Origin: a virus
Strand: one strand, 5' to 3'
Virus record (IMG/VR): IMGVR_UViG_3300011270_000007
Span: 4,684 to 68,683 of that record
Length of the DNA: 64,000 bases
Position 1 is the first letter of the stretch; each line of letters starts with the position of its first letter. The notes beneath the pieces were generated by a model. It searched no databases and was not told where the DNA came from. It saw nothing but the letters and a program-made list of their open reading frames with translations. Shown here piece after piece: positions 1 to 7,928 of the stretch. A program made the position numbers and the translations under genes.

Positions 1-60
1 TATCCCGAACAACAATGGCGAGAATATAGTTTTATTAAATCTGAGCTTAAAAATAATTAT

Positions 61-136
61 GCTCGCGTATCGGCCCCGACTTCTAATCGGCAATCACCGT
101 AATTGGACTATGAGAGTTCGACTCTCTCCGTGAGCA
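61..136 (+). tRNA. tRNA-Arg(TCT)-like RNA lacking a normal D-arm, with long extra arm
   Basis: Acceptor GCTCGCG/CGTGAGC+A; anticodon arm CCGA-CTTCTAA-TCGG; T-arm GAGAG-TTCGACT-CTCTC; only ~8 nt where the D-arm should be. Confidence 0.6.
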
Positions 137-199
137 CTTCACACTTGTGTAATTATACTCCTTTGTGGTATAATATATGCAACTAATAAAGGAGTCATA

Positions 200-889
200 A
201 TGACACAACCAAATTTAACATCAATTGTAGTAGTTTTAGATAAAAGTGGATCAATGAACACGGTTCGCGATGCCACGATCAAAGGATATAACGATTTTAT
301 CAATGAACAGCGTCGAGTATTAGGCGAGTGTAATATTACATTGATATTATTCGATACTAAGCAAAATTTAGTATACGATTTCACTGATATCCGAAATGCT
401 CCACCATTAAACCATGAAGATTATCGGCCTAATGGCGATACCGCATTGTTGGACGCCATAGGAGATACCGTGGATCGAGTTGGAGCGCGACTGCGCTCTT
501 TACCCGAAAACAAACGTCCTTCTAAGGTAATCTTTACCGTGATGACCGATGGTGAGGAAAACTCATCTAAGTGGTTCAATAAAGATCGCGTCAATCGGAT
601 GGTAACTCATCAAACCGAGAAATATTCTTGGGAATTCGTTTTCTTGGGATGTGAGCAACGGGCAATTCGAGACGCTTATTTATATGGATTTAATCCTCAA
701 TCGACCTTGCACTATACGCACTCGGGAGCGGGTTACACCAGAGGATTTGCTACCTTAAATACAGCCGTAACCAATAGCCGAACGGGTGGAACAATCGGAA
801 CCGTTTTTAACGAGCAAATGCGATCGGCCAATACTCCCGCCGTCGTGGGAACACCACCCCCAACGCCTAAATCCAATTCATCCAACTAA
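200..889 (+). CDS. von Willebrand factor A (vWA) domain protein
   Basis: MIDAS motif VVLDKSGSM, T-ALLDAIG, MTDGEENSS; AGGAG RBS. Confidence 0.9.
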   Translation: MTQPNLTSIVVVLDKSGSMNTVRDATIKGYNDFINEQRRVLGECNITLILFDTKQNLVYDFTDIRNAPPLNHEDYRPNGDTALLDAIGDTVDRVGARLRSLPENKRPSKVIFTVMTDGEENSSKWFNKDRVNRMVTHQTEKYSWEFVFLGCEQRAIRDAYLYGFNPQSTLHYTHSGAGYTRGFATLNTAVTNSRTGGTIGTVFNEQMRSANTPAVVGTPPPTPKSNSSN

Positions 890-898
890 TTAAGCCTC

Positions 899-927
899 TT
901 GCAATGTGATAACATTTAAGCTACACT
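899..927 (+). promoter_or_regulatory. sigma70-like promoter
   Basis: TTGCAA-N17-TACACT upstream of the amidoligase pair. Confidence 0.5.
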
Positions 928-957
928 ACTTCTCATATAATTTTACTTGGAGCTTAA

Positions 958-1767
958 ATGTTACATTATTTTGGGGACTACAATAATAAGCTAAAATTTC
1001 ATGACGACCCCAGTGGAGCAATTAAACGCTTTATTGGGGTCGAAATTGAAGTAGCTGATTTTTGCAGTGATCCTATTCTAGAAAAGAAACTAGAAACAAC
1101 CATCAAGAAATGGGGTGGAGCCCTCAAAAGTGATGGATCGATCGATGGCAATAATCCATTTGAAATCAACACCGCTCCAGCTCGTGGTAAGGCTTTTATT
1201 AAACAAATCCGAGAGATCTGCGGAGTCTTAAGAGAAGGTAAGGCCAAGATTAATCGAAGTTGTGGATTACACGTCCATATCGATGCCCGAGACTTTGAAG
1301 TAGAAGATTTGGTTAAAGTTGCCCAATTATGGCAGAAAATCGAACCACAGTTATTCAAACGGGTAGCTCGATCTAGGCGAAACAACGAATATTGTCAACC
1401 AGTTCGAAATGTGATGAATGACGCATTGGACGATGGCACACATATATGTAAGAAATGTGGCCATACCAATATCGATATCAAAGACTTGGCCGATGAATTG
1501 ACCGAAAGTTGCGATAAATACTATGCGCTTAATTGTTCATCGTATCGATATCGCAAAACCTTGGAAAATCGACTTCATCATGGAACGACCAATGCCGGAA
1601 AGATCATTTCTTGGGCAAGGCTAAATTCCCGAATGGTCGAGTATGCCAAAAAACATTCTTTGGAAGAAATTAAAAAAGCCGAGATTGAAGTAGCAAAACA
1701 ATTCGAACCAATCAAGTATCCAATCAAAGAAACCAATACAACCAAAGTCGATCCAGACCGCTATTAA
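958..1767 (+). CDS. putative amidoligase (COOH-NH2 ligase type 2)
   Basis: GVEIE, DGS, FEINTAP, SCGLHVH, TLENRLHHGT motifs. Confidence 0.85.
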   Translation: MLHYFGDYNNKLKFHDDPSGAIKRFIGVEIEVADFCSDPILEKKLETTIKKWGGALKSDGSIDGNNPFEINTAPARGKAFIKQIREICGVLREGKAKINRSCGLHVHIDARDFEVEDLVKVAQLWQKIEPQLFKRVARSRRNNEYCQPVRNVMNDALDDGTHICKKCGHTNIDIKDLADELTESCDKYYALNCSSYRYRKTLENRLHHGTTNAGKIISWARLNSRMVEYAKKHSLEEIKKAEIEVAKQFEPIKYPIKETNTTKVDPDRY

Positions 1768-1809
1768 TTCAGTCGCTTATTAGGTCTTTAGTTAGAGAGG
1801 TATCTTAAA

Positions 1810-2586
1810 ATGCTGCATTTTAATTATGGCAATCCAGTTTATCAATTTCATGACTCTGACAAAGGATTAATTAAAAGATTCGTCGGAGTTGAAATCGAAG
1901 TAGCAGATTTTACCAACGATCCATCCATAGAAAAAAGGTTGGAAGACGTAATCGCCAAGTGGGGCGGAACTCTTAAAGGCGATGGATCGGTCCATGGAAC
2001 CCATCCATTTGAAATCAACACCGCTCCAGCTCGTGGACAACAATTTGTCAAACAAATCCGAGAGATCTGCGGTGTTCTACGAGAAGGTAAGGCTGGAGTA
2101 AATCGGACTTGTGGATTACACGTCCATATCGATGCCAGGGATTTTGCACCCAATGACTTACTTAAGGTGGCCATGGTGTGGCGCAAAGTGGAATCGCAAG
2201 CAATGCAACGAGTAGCACCTTCTAGACGAGCAAATGGTTACTGCCTACCCGCTTCCGCTTACATAGAAAATGCATTAAGTCATAATACAATCGACGCCTT
2301 TTATAATTTATCCCATGCTCCAAGACACATGGCTTTAAATTGTTCGTCATATAACTATAAGAAAACTTTAGAAAATCGACTTCATCATGGAACGACCAAT
2401 TCTCACAAAATCATTTCCTGGGCCAGATTAAACTCGAAGATGGTAGAATTCGCCAAAAATCATTCTTTAGAAGAAATAAAGACCATTCCAAACATTGATC
2501 TCAACCAATTTGAACCACAACGATACCCGATTGCCGAAGCCAATGAAGCTCCTGCACCCCCGACGTATTTGGCGCGAATCAACTAG
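1810..2586 (+). CDS. putative amidoligase, tandem paralog
   Basis: Same motifs; highly similar to 958..1767. Confidence 0.85.
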   Translation: MLHFNYGNPVYQFHDSDKGLIKRFVGVEIEVADFTNDPSIEKRLEDVIAKWGGTLKGDGSVHGTHPFEINTAPARGQQFVKQIREICGVLREGKAGVNRTCGLHVHIDARDFAPNDLLKVAMVWRKVESQAMQRVAPSRRANGYCLPASAYIENALSHNTIDAFYNLSHAPRHMALNCSSYNYKKTLENRLHHGTTNSHKIISWARLNSKMVEFAKNHSLEEIKTIPNIDLNQFEPQRYPIAEANEAPAPPTYLARIN

Positions 2587-2596
2587 GAGTTAAAAA

Positions 2597-2857
2597 TTGG
2601 TAACAGAAGAACAACTAAAGGCTTTCAAAAAAATAGCCCAAAAAATCCGGTTTCGAGAACGAATGAAGTGTATTAAAATTATTGAAGCGGAATTGGAAGA
2701 TTTTAGACTACATTCTTTTCAATTCGATAAGAATGATTTAGCAAATAATCCAAAAGATTATCCTGATTATGACACGTATAAGATAGCAATTGGTAATTGT
2801 GTCAAAGCTTTGCTCATTGGAACCGATTTAGAATTAGAATTAAGTGATGATGATTAA
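2597..2857 (+). CDS. hypothetical protein
   Basis: AGGAG RBS, TTG start, fills the gap before tRNA-Ser. Confidence 0.6.
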   Translation: MVTEEQLKAFKKIAQKIRFRERMKCIKIIEAELEDFRLHSFQFDKNDLANNPKDYPDYDTYKIAIGNCVKALLIGTDLELELSDDD

Positions 2858-2944
2858 GGAAAGTTAATTGGGTAGGACCCAAGCCGATTTGCTAAATCGA
2901 GCGCATCCTTGCGGGTGTGTGGATCGAGACCACAGCTTTCCCCA
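2858..2944 (+). tRNA. tRNA-Ser(GCT)
   Basis: Acceptor GGAAAGT/GCTTTCC; loop TTGCTAA; long variable arm; T-arm TGTGG-ATCGAGA-CCACA; CCA follows directly without the usual G73. Confidence 0.75.
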
Positions 2945-2960
2945 TTGAAAGGATAAATAA

Positions 2961-3344
2961 TTGCCAGATTCAGAACAAGTTGATAGGTTATTACAAGAAT
3001 TAGTGAGAACACTTGAAAGAAGGACGATCGTTACGATCGACAGCTTAAGCAGTTTAGGGGGACAAGCAATAGATACTTCAGAAACTGCTGCAATGAAAAA
3101 TATGCACTTACGGGTTGGGTTAAAATTCAAATTACGTAAAGATCCGGGACCCCAATGGCGTCATTTGACCGCACAACAACTTGAACAACAAGAGATTATT
3201 ATTATAAGATTCAGAAGAGGCTACGTATGGTTTAATCGTCTCGATGGCCATCAAGATGGCCATCAAAGGGTTCATAACCATAGCCGAGATATAGGTAGTT
3301 TCAAACGAGACATGATCAACTTTGGTTGGGAAATAGTAAATTAA
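2961..3344 (+). CDS. hypothetical protein, C-terminal 'VGxK' small-domain family (start may be 3093 or 3102)
   Basis: LRVGLKFKL...IIIIRF similar to ORFs at 3572, 6910, 7131. Confidence 0.6.
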   Translation: MPDSEQVDRLLQELVRTLERRTIVTIDSLSSLGGQAIDTSETAAMKNMHLRVGLKFKLRKDPGPQWRHLTAQQLEQQEIIIIRFRRGYVWFNRLDGHQDGHQRVHNHSRDIGSFKRDMINFGWEIVN

Positions 3345-3346
3345 AT

Positions 3347-3417
3347 GACGCTTTCCGTCCGGTGGCGATGACTGTCTGCAAAACAGTTCAAGGCAAGTTC
3401 GACCCTTGCAAGCGTCT
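3347..3417 (+). tRNA. tRNA-Cys(GCA)
   Basis: Acceptor GACGCTT/AAGCGTC, U73; ACTGT-CTGCAAA-ACAGT; T-loop TTCGACC. Confidence 0.85.
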
Positions 3418-3419
3418 TT

Positions 3420-3490
3420 TGGGGTGTAGTGTAATGGTAACACACGACGCTTTGAACGTTGTTTTGCGGGTCCGATCCCTGCCACCCCAG
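3420..3490 (+). tRNA. tRNA-Gln(TTG)
   Basis: TGGGGTG/CACCCCA, G73; CGACG-CTTTGAA-CGTTG; T-loop TCCGATC. Confidence 0.9.
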
Positions 3491-3495
3491 ATTTA

Positions 3496-3568
3496 GCTGA
3501 TTTGGCGTAAAGGGTTTGCGCACTTGTTTGAAGCACAAGAGGAATTCGTTCGACTCGAATAATCAGCA
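3496..3568 (+). tRNA. tRNA-Phe(GAA)
   Basis: GCTGATT/AATCAGC; CTTGT-TTGAAGC-ACAAG; T-loop TTCGACT. Confidence 0.85.
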
Positions 3569-3571
3569 TAA

Positions 3572-3844
3572 ATGATTCATTTAAAAATTGGTCAAAAGTG
3601 GGAGTTGCGGGACGGAACAATAGTCATTATTCTGCGATTCGATCCAATTACTCAACAAGTACAATTTTACTACAGATACCGTCAAGGAGGGGGAGATACC
3701 CGGTGGGATAGCATTAATCACGTTAAAAAGCAATTAGACAAATATGGATATCAATTGGAGCATAGTGAAAATGGCATCACAGCGATCTCTGAAATCGCAA
3801 TTTTGGGTTCAACTCCCAACGCTCCAGTTTGTAACATCCCTTGA
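3572..3844 (+). CDS. small hypothetical protein ('VGxK' family); 3' end runs through tRNA-Gln
   Basis: LKIGQKWELRDG..IVIILRF. Confidence 0.6.
   Translation: MIHLKIGQKWELRDGTIVIILRFDPITQQVQFYYRYRQGGGDTRWDSINHVKKQLDKYGYQLEHSENGITAISEIAILGSTPNAPVCNIP
3756..3827 (+). tRNA. tRNA-Gln(CTG)
   Basis: TGGAGCA/CGCTCCA, G73; GCGAT-CTCTGAA-ATCGC; T-loop TTCAACT. Confidence 0.85.
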
Positions 3845-3869
3845 CTTAAAGTATGAAATGAGATAGCTT

Positions 3870-4601
3870 ATGCCTGAAAATCCAAATGCCACTCCTATTC
3901 CAGTACCATCAGTTGAGCCCTTCCGACGAAATTATTGGTTCGACTTTCGACCGGGCGAGTCATGGACCAACATCCCAACAATCGGATTTGCCAAAATAAA
4001 TATAGATAAACAAGTGAAACCCAAAAAAGAAATAATTCCTTATTCAGTCTTTGTTGGCCGCTTCCAGCCATTGCATTTAGGACATCTAACCCTAATTCGC
4101 AAAGAATTGCGCGACTGCCAACGATTATTCATTATAATCGGATCTACCCAGGAAGCACGAACGATGCTCAATCCGTGGAATGCCAATGAGCGAATTGACA
4201 TGATCAACAAGAATTTGACCGTTCAACAGCGCGAACATATCTTTTACTTAACCGAGCGAGATCATCCGGTTGACATGGTGTGGGCTCGTTGCGTACAAGA
4301 AGGTGTCAACGATCAATTGGGCGGGATGGGGGTTAATTGGCGATCAACAAAAGTCCGCCTAATCGGAGTGCAAGAAGAATCTCGATACGACAAGTATTTT
4401 TCTGGCTGGAAATGCGACTTTTCGGCCAAAACTTTCAACCGGATCAACGACGCCAACATTCGTAAAGAATACTTTACCAATTATGGCAATTTTAATTGGC
4501 GTAAAGGATTAGCCAAAAGAACCTCTGCTTTCATGGAACAATGGACCGGTAGTAATTATTACGCATCAATCCAGGAACTATACAATGACTTGACAACCTA
4601 G
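3870..4601 (+). CDS. nicotinamide-nucleotide adenylyltransferase (NadM-like)
   Basis: VGRFQPLHLGH (HxGH), IIIGS, NPW...ERIDMI. Confidence 0.85.
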   Translation: MPENPNATPIPVPSVEPFRRNYWFDFRPGESWTNIPTIGFAKINIDKQVKPKKEIIPYSVFVGRFQPLHLGHLTLIRKELRDCQRLFIIIGSTQEARTMLNPWNANERIDMINKNLTVQQREHIFYLTERDHPVDMVWARCVQEGVNDQLGGMGVNWRSTKVRLIGVQEESRYDKYFSGWKCDFSAKTFNRINDANIRKEYFTNYGNFNWRKGLAKRTSAFMEQWTGSNYYASIQELYNDLTT

Positions 4602-4619
4602 GAGCTATTGTGATATCTT
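4590..4619 (+). promoter_or_regulatory. sigma70-like promoter
   Basis: TTGACA-N18-TATCTT with TG extension, upstream of a long non-coding structured region. Confidence 0.55.
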
Positions 4620-4625
4620 GGAACC

Positions 4626-4971
4626 CTCTCTAAAGTTAATATATTATTATTTGGATGATAGAGATTAAATTGAATTATTTGTATTGATAGGAGTAAAAAC
4701 TCTACCGGTTGCTGGGGTTGTTAAAAGTAACTTGAATGGTGGACTAATAAGGAGTACTGCTTCTGTCTCCACCCTATAAGAAGCAGGTTCGGGAAGTGGC
4801 CAGAAACTACCCAAAGTCAGTAAACACAGATATCGTCTAAGGATAAAGATACCGTGCTTGTGAGGCCGGAGACCGAAGGGTTTAACTCCCCAAGTCTGTG
4901 ATCGAAGTTTTAGCAGGATCAATATAAACTAAAATCCGGTGGTATACGGAAAACCATTATATTGATCCTGC
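4626..4971 (+). ncRNA. candidate structured ncRNA with embedded tRNA-His-like domain
   Basis: No + strand ORF; stems CTGCTTCT/AGAAGCAG, CACAGAT/GTCTGTG, 15-bp GCAGGATCAATATAA/TTATATTGATCCTGC; potential pseudoknots. Confidence 0.55.
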
Positions 4972-4977
4972 ACGTAT

Positions 4978-5052
4978 AGCGGGCGGTAGGCAAAGAGTTC
5001 TAGGATGGCTCATAACCATCTACAAGCCCGGGGCAGTACCGGGGCTCCGCTA
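4978..5052 (+). tRNA. tRNA-Met(CAT), atypical
   Basis: AGCGG/CCGCT acceptor; GATGG-CTCATAA-CCATC; T-arm CCCGG-GGCAGTA-CCGGG (non-canonical loop). Confidence 0.7.
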
Positions 5053-5215
5053 CTTTTTCAAATGGAAGGGTATAAGTTCTTGAAGTAATTGGCCAATTCT
5101 CCCTCTGAAAATTAGCTCTAAAAAACTTTACCGAATTCTTGACAACTATCCCTTGGGTCCTTATAGGATATACCGACGGTTCAATTTCGAACCGACAAAC
5201 CAAGGGGTAAATCAA

Positions 5216-5692
5216 ATGGCAAAGGAAAAGAGCAAAGCAGAACAGAAAATGGACTACGCGGTCGAGCTTTTGAAGGCAGACCCTTTCGTAGCCACCAAGC
5301 AGGTCAACGAACAGATCGAGAAGAAGTTCGGCAATTCAGTCCAGGCAATCGCGATCTCACAACTCCGAGCGAAATTGCATGGATTCACGTTCGCAGGACG
5401 GGGTGGTTTTCGAGATCGGAAGGGCAAGAAGGTGGATGAAGCCACGATTCGGTCACGGTTGGGACTTCCCACGACCGCAGCACTTTCGGGAACCAGCGCG
5501 AATGATGTCCAAGCAGGCGGTACATCCTCGGATCTTGCCTTCACCCAAGACGTAATTGGGCGGATCACCGGACACGTCAACTCGCTGCGGGCGGAAATGG
5601 TCAAGGTCGGAATCGAGGCTTTGAGCATCCCAGCTCATGGCAAGTTCAGCGTGAATTACCTGACCCGGAAGTCAGTCGAACTAGGCGAGTAG
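5216..5692 (+). CDS. basic hypothetical protein, possibly nucleic-acid binding
   Basis: AAGGGG RBS before ATG 5216; TTGACA at 5139; Lys/Arg-rich. Confidence 0.7.
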   Translation: MAKEKSKAEQKMDYAVELLKADPFVATKQVNEQIEKKFGNSVQAIAISQLRAKLHGFTFAGRGGFRDRKGKKVDEATIRSRLGLPTTAALSGTSANDVQAGGTSSDLAFTQDVIGRITGHVNSLRAEMVKVGIEALSIPAHGKFSVNYLTRKSVELGE

Positions 5693-5949
5693 TACTTGAC
5701 AAGCCCCTGGGAATGGGGTAGGGCGGTATCAGGACAGTATCGCATACCCCACTTCTGGGCAAAAGCAAAGGGGAAATTCATGAAAAGAGCATGGCGACTG
5801 ACAGCAGCAGGGCATTGCAAGGTCATTCACTAGTGTCCATAAGCCAATGGGTATGGCGATTAATCAACTGGTCGATCACGCTCTTGTTTCTGTCAGCCCT
5901 CATGATTACTTTGAAATTGATTTACCTGGCATTTCACAAGTAAAGAAAA

Positions 5950-6029
5950 GCCTAGTGGGATGGCGTCGGACTGTGTTACCTTGAGGAACCCCCTTGGGGA
6001 TAGACCAACAGTCGGCTATCCCACTAGGT
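5950..6029 (+). ncRNA. long irregular hairpin, candidate sRNA or leader
   Basis: CCTAGTGGGATGGC/GCTATCCCACTAGG plus inner stems GACTGT/ACAGTC and CCTTGAGG/CCTTGGGG. Confidence 0.4.
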
Positions 6030-6037
6030 GTTTAAAA

Positions 6038-6280
6038 ATGGCAAACTGGCAATTCAAGCTTTCAGAGCATACCCGGATGGTCGTTCTTCTGTCGGAAGAA
6101 GGCGAGTATCGTTGTGAAATCACAACTGCCGATCTTGAATTTGGACACGATCGTTGCATTACTCTGAGCGAAAAAGAGATCGACGCATTAATTGACGCCT
6201 TCCAAAGCTTAGATCCTACAGAAGATATTAAAAAGCCCAATCTAAGGCCCCCGGTGGTCAGTTACGATTGGGAAAAGTAG
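6038..6280 (+). CDS. hypothetical protein
   Basis: ATG at 6038 after AGGTG RBS (MANWQFKLSEH...). Confidence 0.6.
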   Translation: MANWQFKLSEHTRMVVLLSEEGEYRCEITTADLEFGHDRCITLSEKEIDALIDAFQSLDPTEDIKKPNLRPPVVSYDWEK

Positions 6281-6284
6281 AAAT

Positions 6285-6359
6285 TCAGGGATAGCAATCA
6301 TGGTGATCGCGCACGACTGTTAATCGTGGTCAAGGTTCGTTCGATTCGAACTCCCTGAG
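6285..6359 (+). tRNA. tRNA-Asn(GTT)
   Basis: TCAGGGA/TCCCTGA, G73; CACGA-CTGTTAA-TCGTG. Confidence 0.85.
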
Positions 6360-6361
6360 AT

Positions 6362-6445
6362 CGGAGGTAGATGGGATTTGTGAGATATTTGTCCCCCCGA
6401 CAAATGTCTTGGAAGGGGCATAGGACCCTTAGTCCCATCCCTCCG
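6362..6445 (+). ncRNA. candidate three-way-junction RNA between two tRNAs
   Basis: CGGAGG..GATGGGAT/GTCCCATC.CCTCCG closing hairpins GAGATATTTGTC/GACAAATGTCTT and AAGGG/CCCTT. Confidence 0.45.
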
Positions 6446-6463
6446 TTTTTCTGATTATTAAAT

Positions 6464-6535
6464 GCGGTAGTAGTTCAATGGTAGAATGTCGCCTTGCCAA
6501 GGCGAATGTTGCGGGTTCGAGTCCCGCTTACCGCT
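6464..6535 (+). tRNA. tRNA-Gly(GCC)
   Basis: Canonical cloverleaf; TCGCC-TTGCCAA-GGCGA; U73. Confidence 0.95.
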
Positions 6536-6536
6536 C

Positions 6537-6565
6537 TTGACTTGTTGATAACTTTAAGTTATAAT
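6537..6565 (+). promoter_or_regulatory. near-consensus sigma70 promoter
   Basis: TTGACT-N17-TATAAT; ATG 7 nt downstream (leaderless). Confidence 0.8.
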
Positions 6566-6572
6566 TATAAAA

Positions 6573-6746
6573 ATGACTGAATTCGAAATCAACCTACTCG
6601 GTCAACTACAGGATATAAATGATTCTCTGATAAAAATCGCCAAACAACTCGAATCACTCAGCAATATTTCAAACGATACTGGCGAGCTTAATAACCTAAT
6701 TGCCGACTTCTTATGGGACGAAGACGGAAAAAGAATATCGGGATAA
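6573..6746 (+). CDS. small coiled-coil hypothetical protein (57 aa, not in ORF track)
   Basis: MTEFEINLLGQLQDINDSLIKIAKQLE... directly after the promoter. Confidence 0.6.
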   Translation: MTEFEINLLGQLQDINDSLIKIAKQLESLSNISNDTGELNNLIADFLWDEDGKRISG

Positions 6747-6811
6747 TCGTCCAATGGTAGGATCGCGGTCTCTTAAACCGTCAACGGCAGGTTCAACTCC
6801 TCCTTATCCCA
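6740..6811 (+). tRNA. tRNA-Lys(CTT)
   Basis: GGGATAA/TTATCCC; GCGGT-CTCTTAA-ACCGT. Confidence 0.85.
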
Positions 6812-6820
6812 AAAAAATAC

Positions 6821-6893
6821 ATATGGCTCGTAGTCTGGAGATTACATCGCTCTTACAAGGCGACCAAGCAGGGTCCGATTCCCTGGCCATATA
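6821..6893 (+). tRNA. tRNA-Val(TAC)
   Basis: ATATGGC/GCCATAT, A73; TCGCT-CTTACAA-GGCGA; T-loop TCCGATT. Confidence 0.8.
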
Positions 6894-6909
6894 CTAAAAT
6901 GAGGCCAAA

Positions 6910-7134
6910 ATGAGAGTAGGAGAAAAATACAAACTTAAACCAGAAACGATCGCATTATGGGGTGGTGCAAATAATATCTTGACAATTTTGCAGTTTATAA
7001 AACGAGGTTTTCTCAACACAGACCAAAGCACAGTAGTAATCCATCGCACCCTAGATAGTGGATTTCATACCGGTATAAGTGCTTATTCTGAATTAAAAGA
7101 ATTGATTAACCAGTATTGGCAGAAAATCGAATGA
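6910..7134 (+). CDS. small hypothetical protein ('VGxK' family)
   Basis: MRVGEKYKL; GAGG RBS. Confidence 0.65.
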   Translation: MRVGEKYKLKPETIALWGGANNILTILQFIKRGFLNTDQSTVVIHRTLDSGFHTGISAYSELKELINQYWQKIE

Positions 7135-7325
7135 AAGTAGGAGAAAGATATCGAAGATCACCACACGCTAATCGAGCTTACGTGGACGAGATACTCATTA
7201 TTAAATTCCATGGGACCACTTGTCATTACGTTTCGTACTGTGACGGACGGGCAAGCGACGGGCACCATGTATCTTATGAAGGTCTCAAAAGAATCTTAAA
7301 AGAACATTTTCAAAAAGTAAATTAA
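7131..7325 (+). CDS. small hypothetical protein ('VGxK' family)
   Basis: MKVGERYRR; ATGA overlap with the upstream gene. Confidence 0.65.
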   Translation: MKVGERYRRSPHANRAYVDEILIIKFHGTTCHYVSYCDGRASDGHHVSYEGLKRILKEHFQKVN

Positions 7326-7348
7326 TATGCAGGTAGTGTAATTCGGAT

Positions 7349-7421
7349 ATGTATGAGGCCCTCTGGGAAGGGTGCGGATCTCCAAAGTCCGCCGCTGTGG
7401 GTTCGAATCCTTCCATACATG
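7349..7421 (+). tRNA. tRNA-Trp(CCA)
   Basis: ATGTATG/CATACAT, G73; CGGAT-CTCCAAA-GTCCG; T-loop TTCGAAT. Confidence 0.8.
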
Positions 7422-7428
7422 AACATCA

Positions 7429-7866
7429 TTAAAGCTTATAACATTTAGGATAACGTTTGTAAGTACGTCGTCGATGGCAATTGGCACATACGACTTCGCA
7501 TTTTGCCACTTCAGCTTGAATAGTAGAGAGCGCGGCAATATTTGAAACCAATGTCGAAATATTTAGTATTTTGGAGTGCAAATGATCAAATTCTAAAACC
7601 GAGATGTCCATTTCGTGACAATCCACGCAGGGATGGCTACGAAGATAGCTTATAATCCATTTTTGGGCCTCTTGCTTTACACGAGCATTCCTGGCAATGG
7701 TTCGCTTTTTGACCTTTTCAGCTACATCTGGTCTAGAATACCACTTTTGGTAGTACCCATTTTTACATACTTTACAGTTAGCCTGTAGACCATCAATCTT
7801 ACTCTTATTAATATAAAATTCAGAATAATCTTTTTCTAAGTCACAAGATGGACAATACTTAGTCAT
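7429..7866 (-). CDS. Zn-finger HNH endonuclease (homing-type) inverted within the tRNA array
   Basis: CPSC...CKVC, CVDC...LEFDH...KCEVVCANCHRRRT. Confidence 0.85.
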   Translation of the reverse strand: MTKYCPSCDLEKDYSEFYINKSKIDGLQANCKVCKNGYYQKWYSRPDVAEKVKKRTIARNARVKQEAQKWIISYLRSHPCVDCHEMDISVLEFDHLHSKILNISTLVSNIAALSTIQAEVAKCEVVCANCHRRRTYKRYPKCYKL

Positions 7867-7928
7867 AAATCCTCCAAAAAGAAGATTGCTATTGGAGGTC
7901 AGTTAGTGCTATAATGCGGAATTGGTAT

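Noticed and set aside
999-2186. Similar antisense ORFs 999-1385 and 1848-2186
   Set aside because: Their similarity only mirrors the duplicated amidoligase genes on the + strand
4626-4971. Naming the ncRNA as GOLLD, ROOL, tmRNA or RNase P
   Set aside because: Shorter than typical GOLLD/ROOL, and no tag ORF or diagnostic motif that I can recognise; needs a covariance-model search
7327-7346. ATGCAGGTAGTGTAATTCGG as the 5' half of a split tRNA
   Set aside because: No matching 3' half found; at most a remnant
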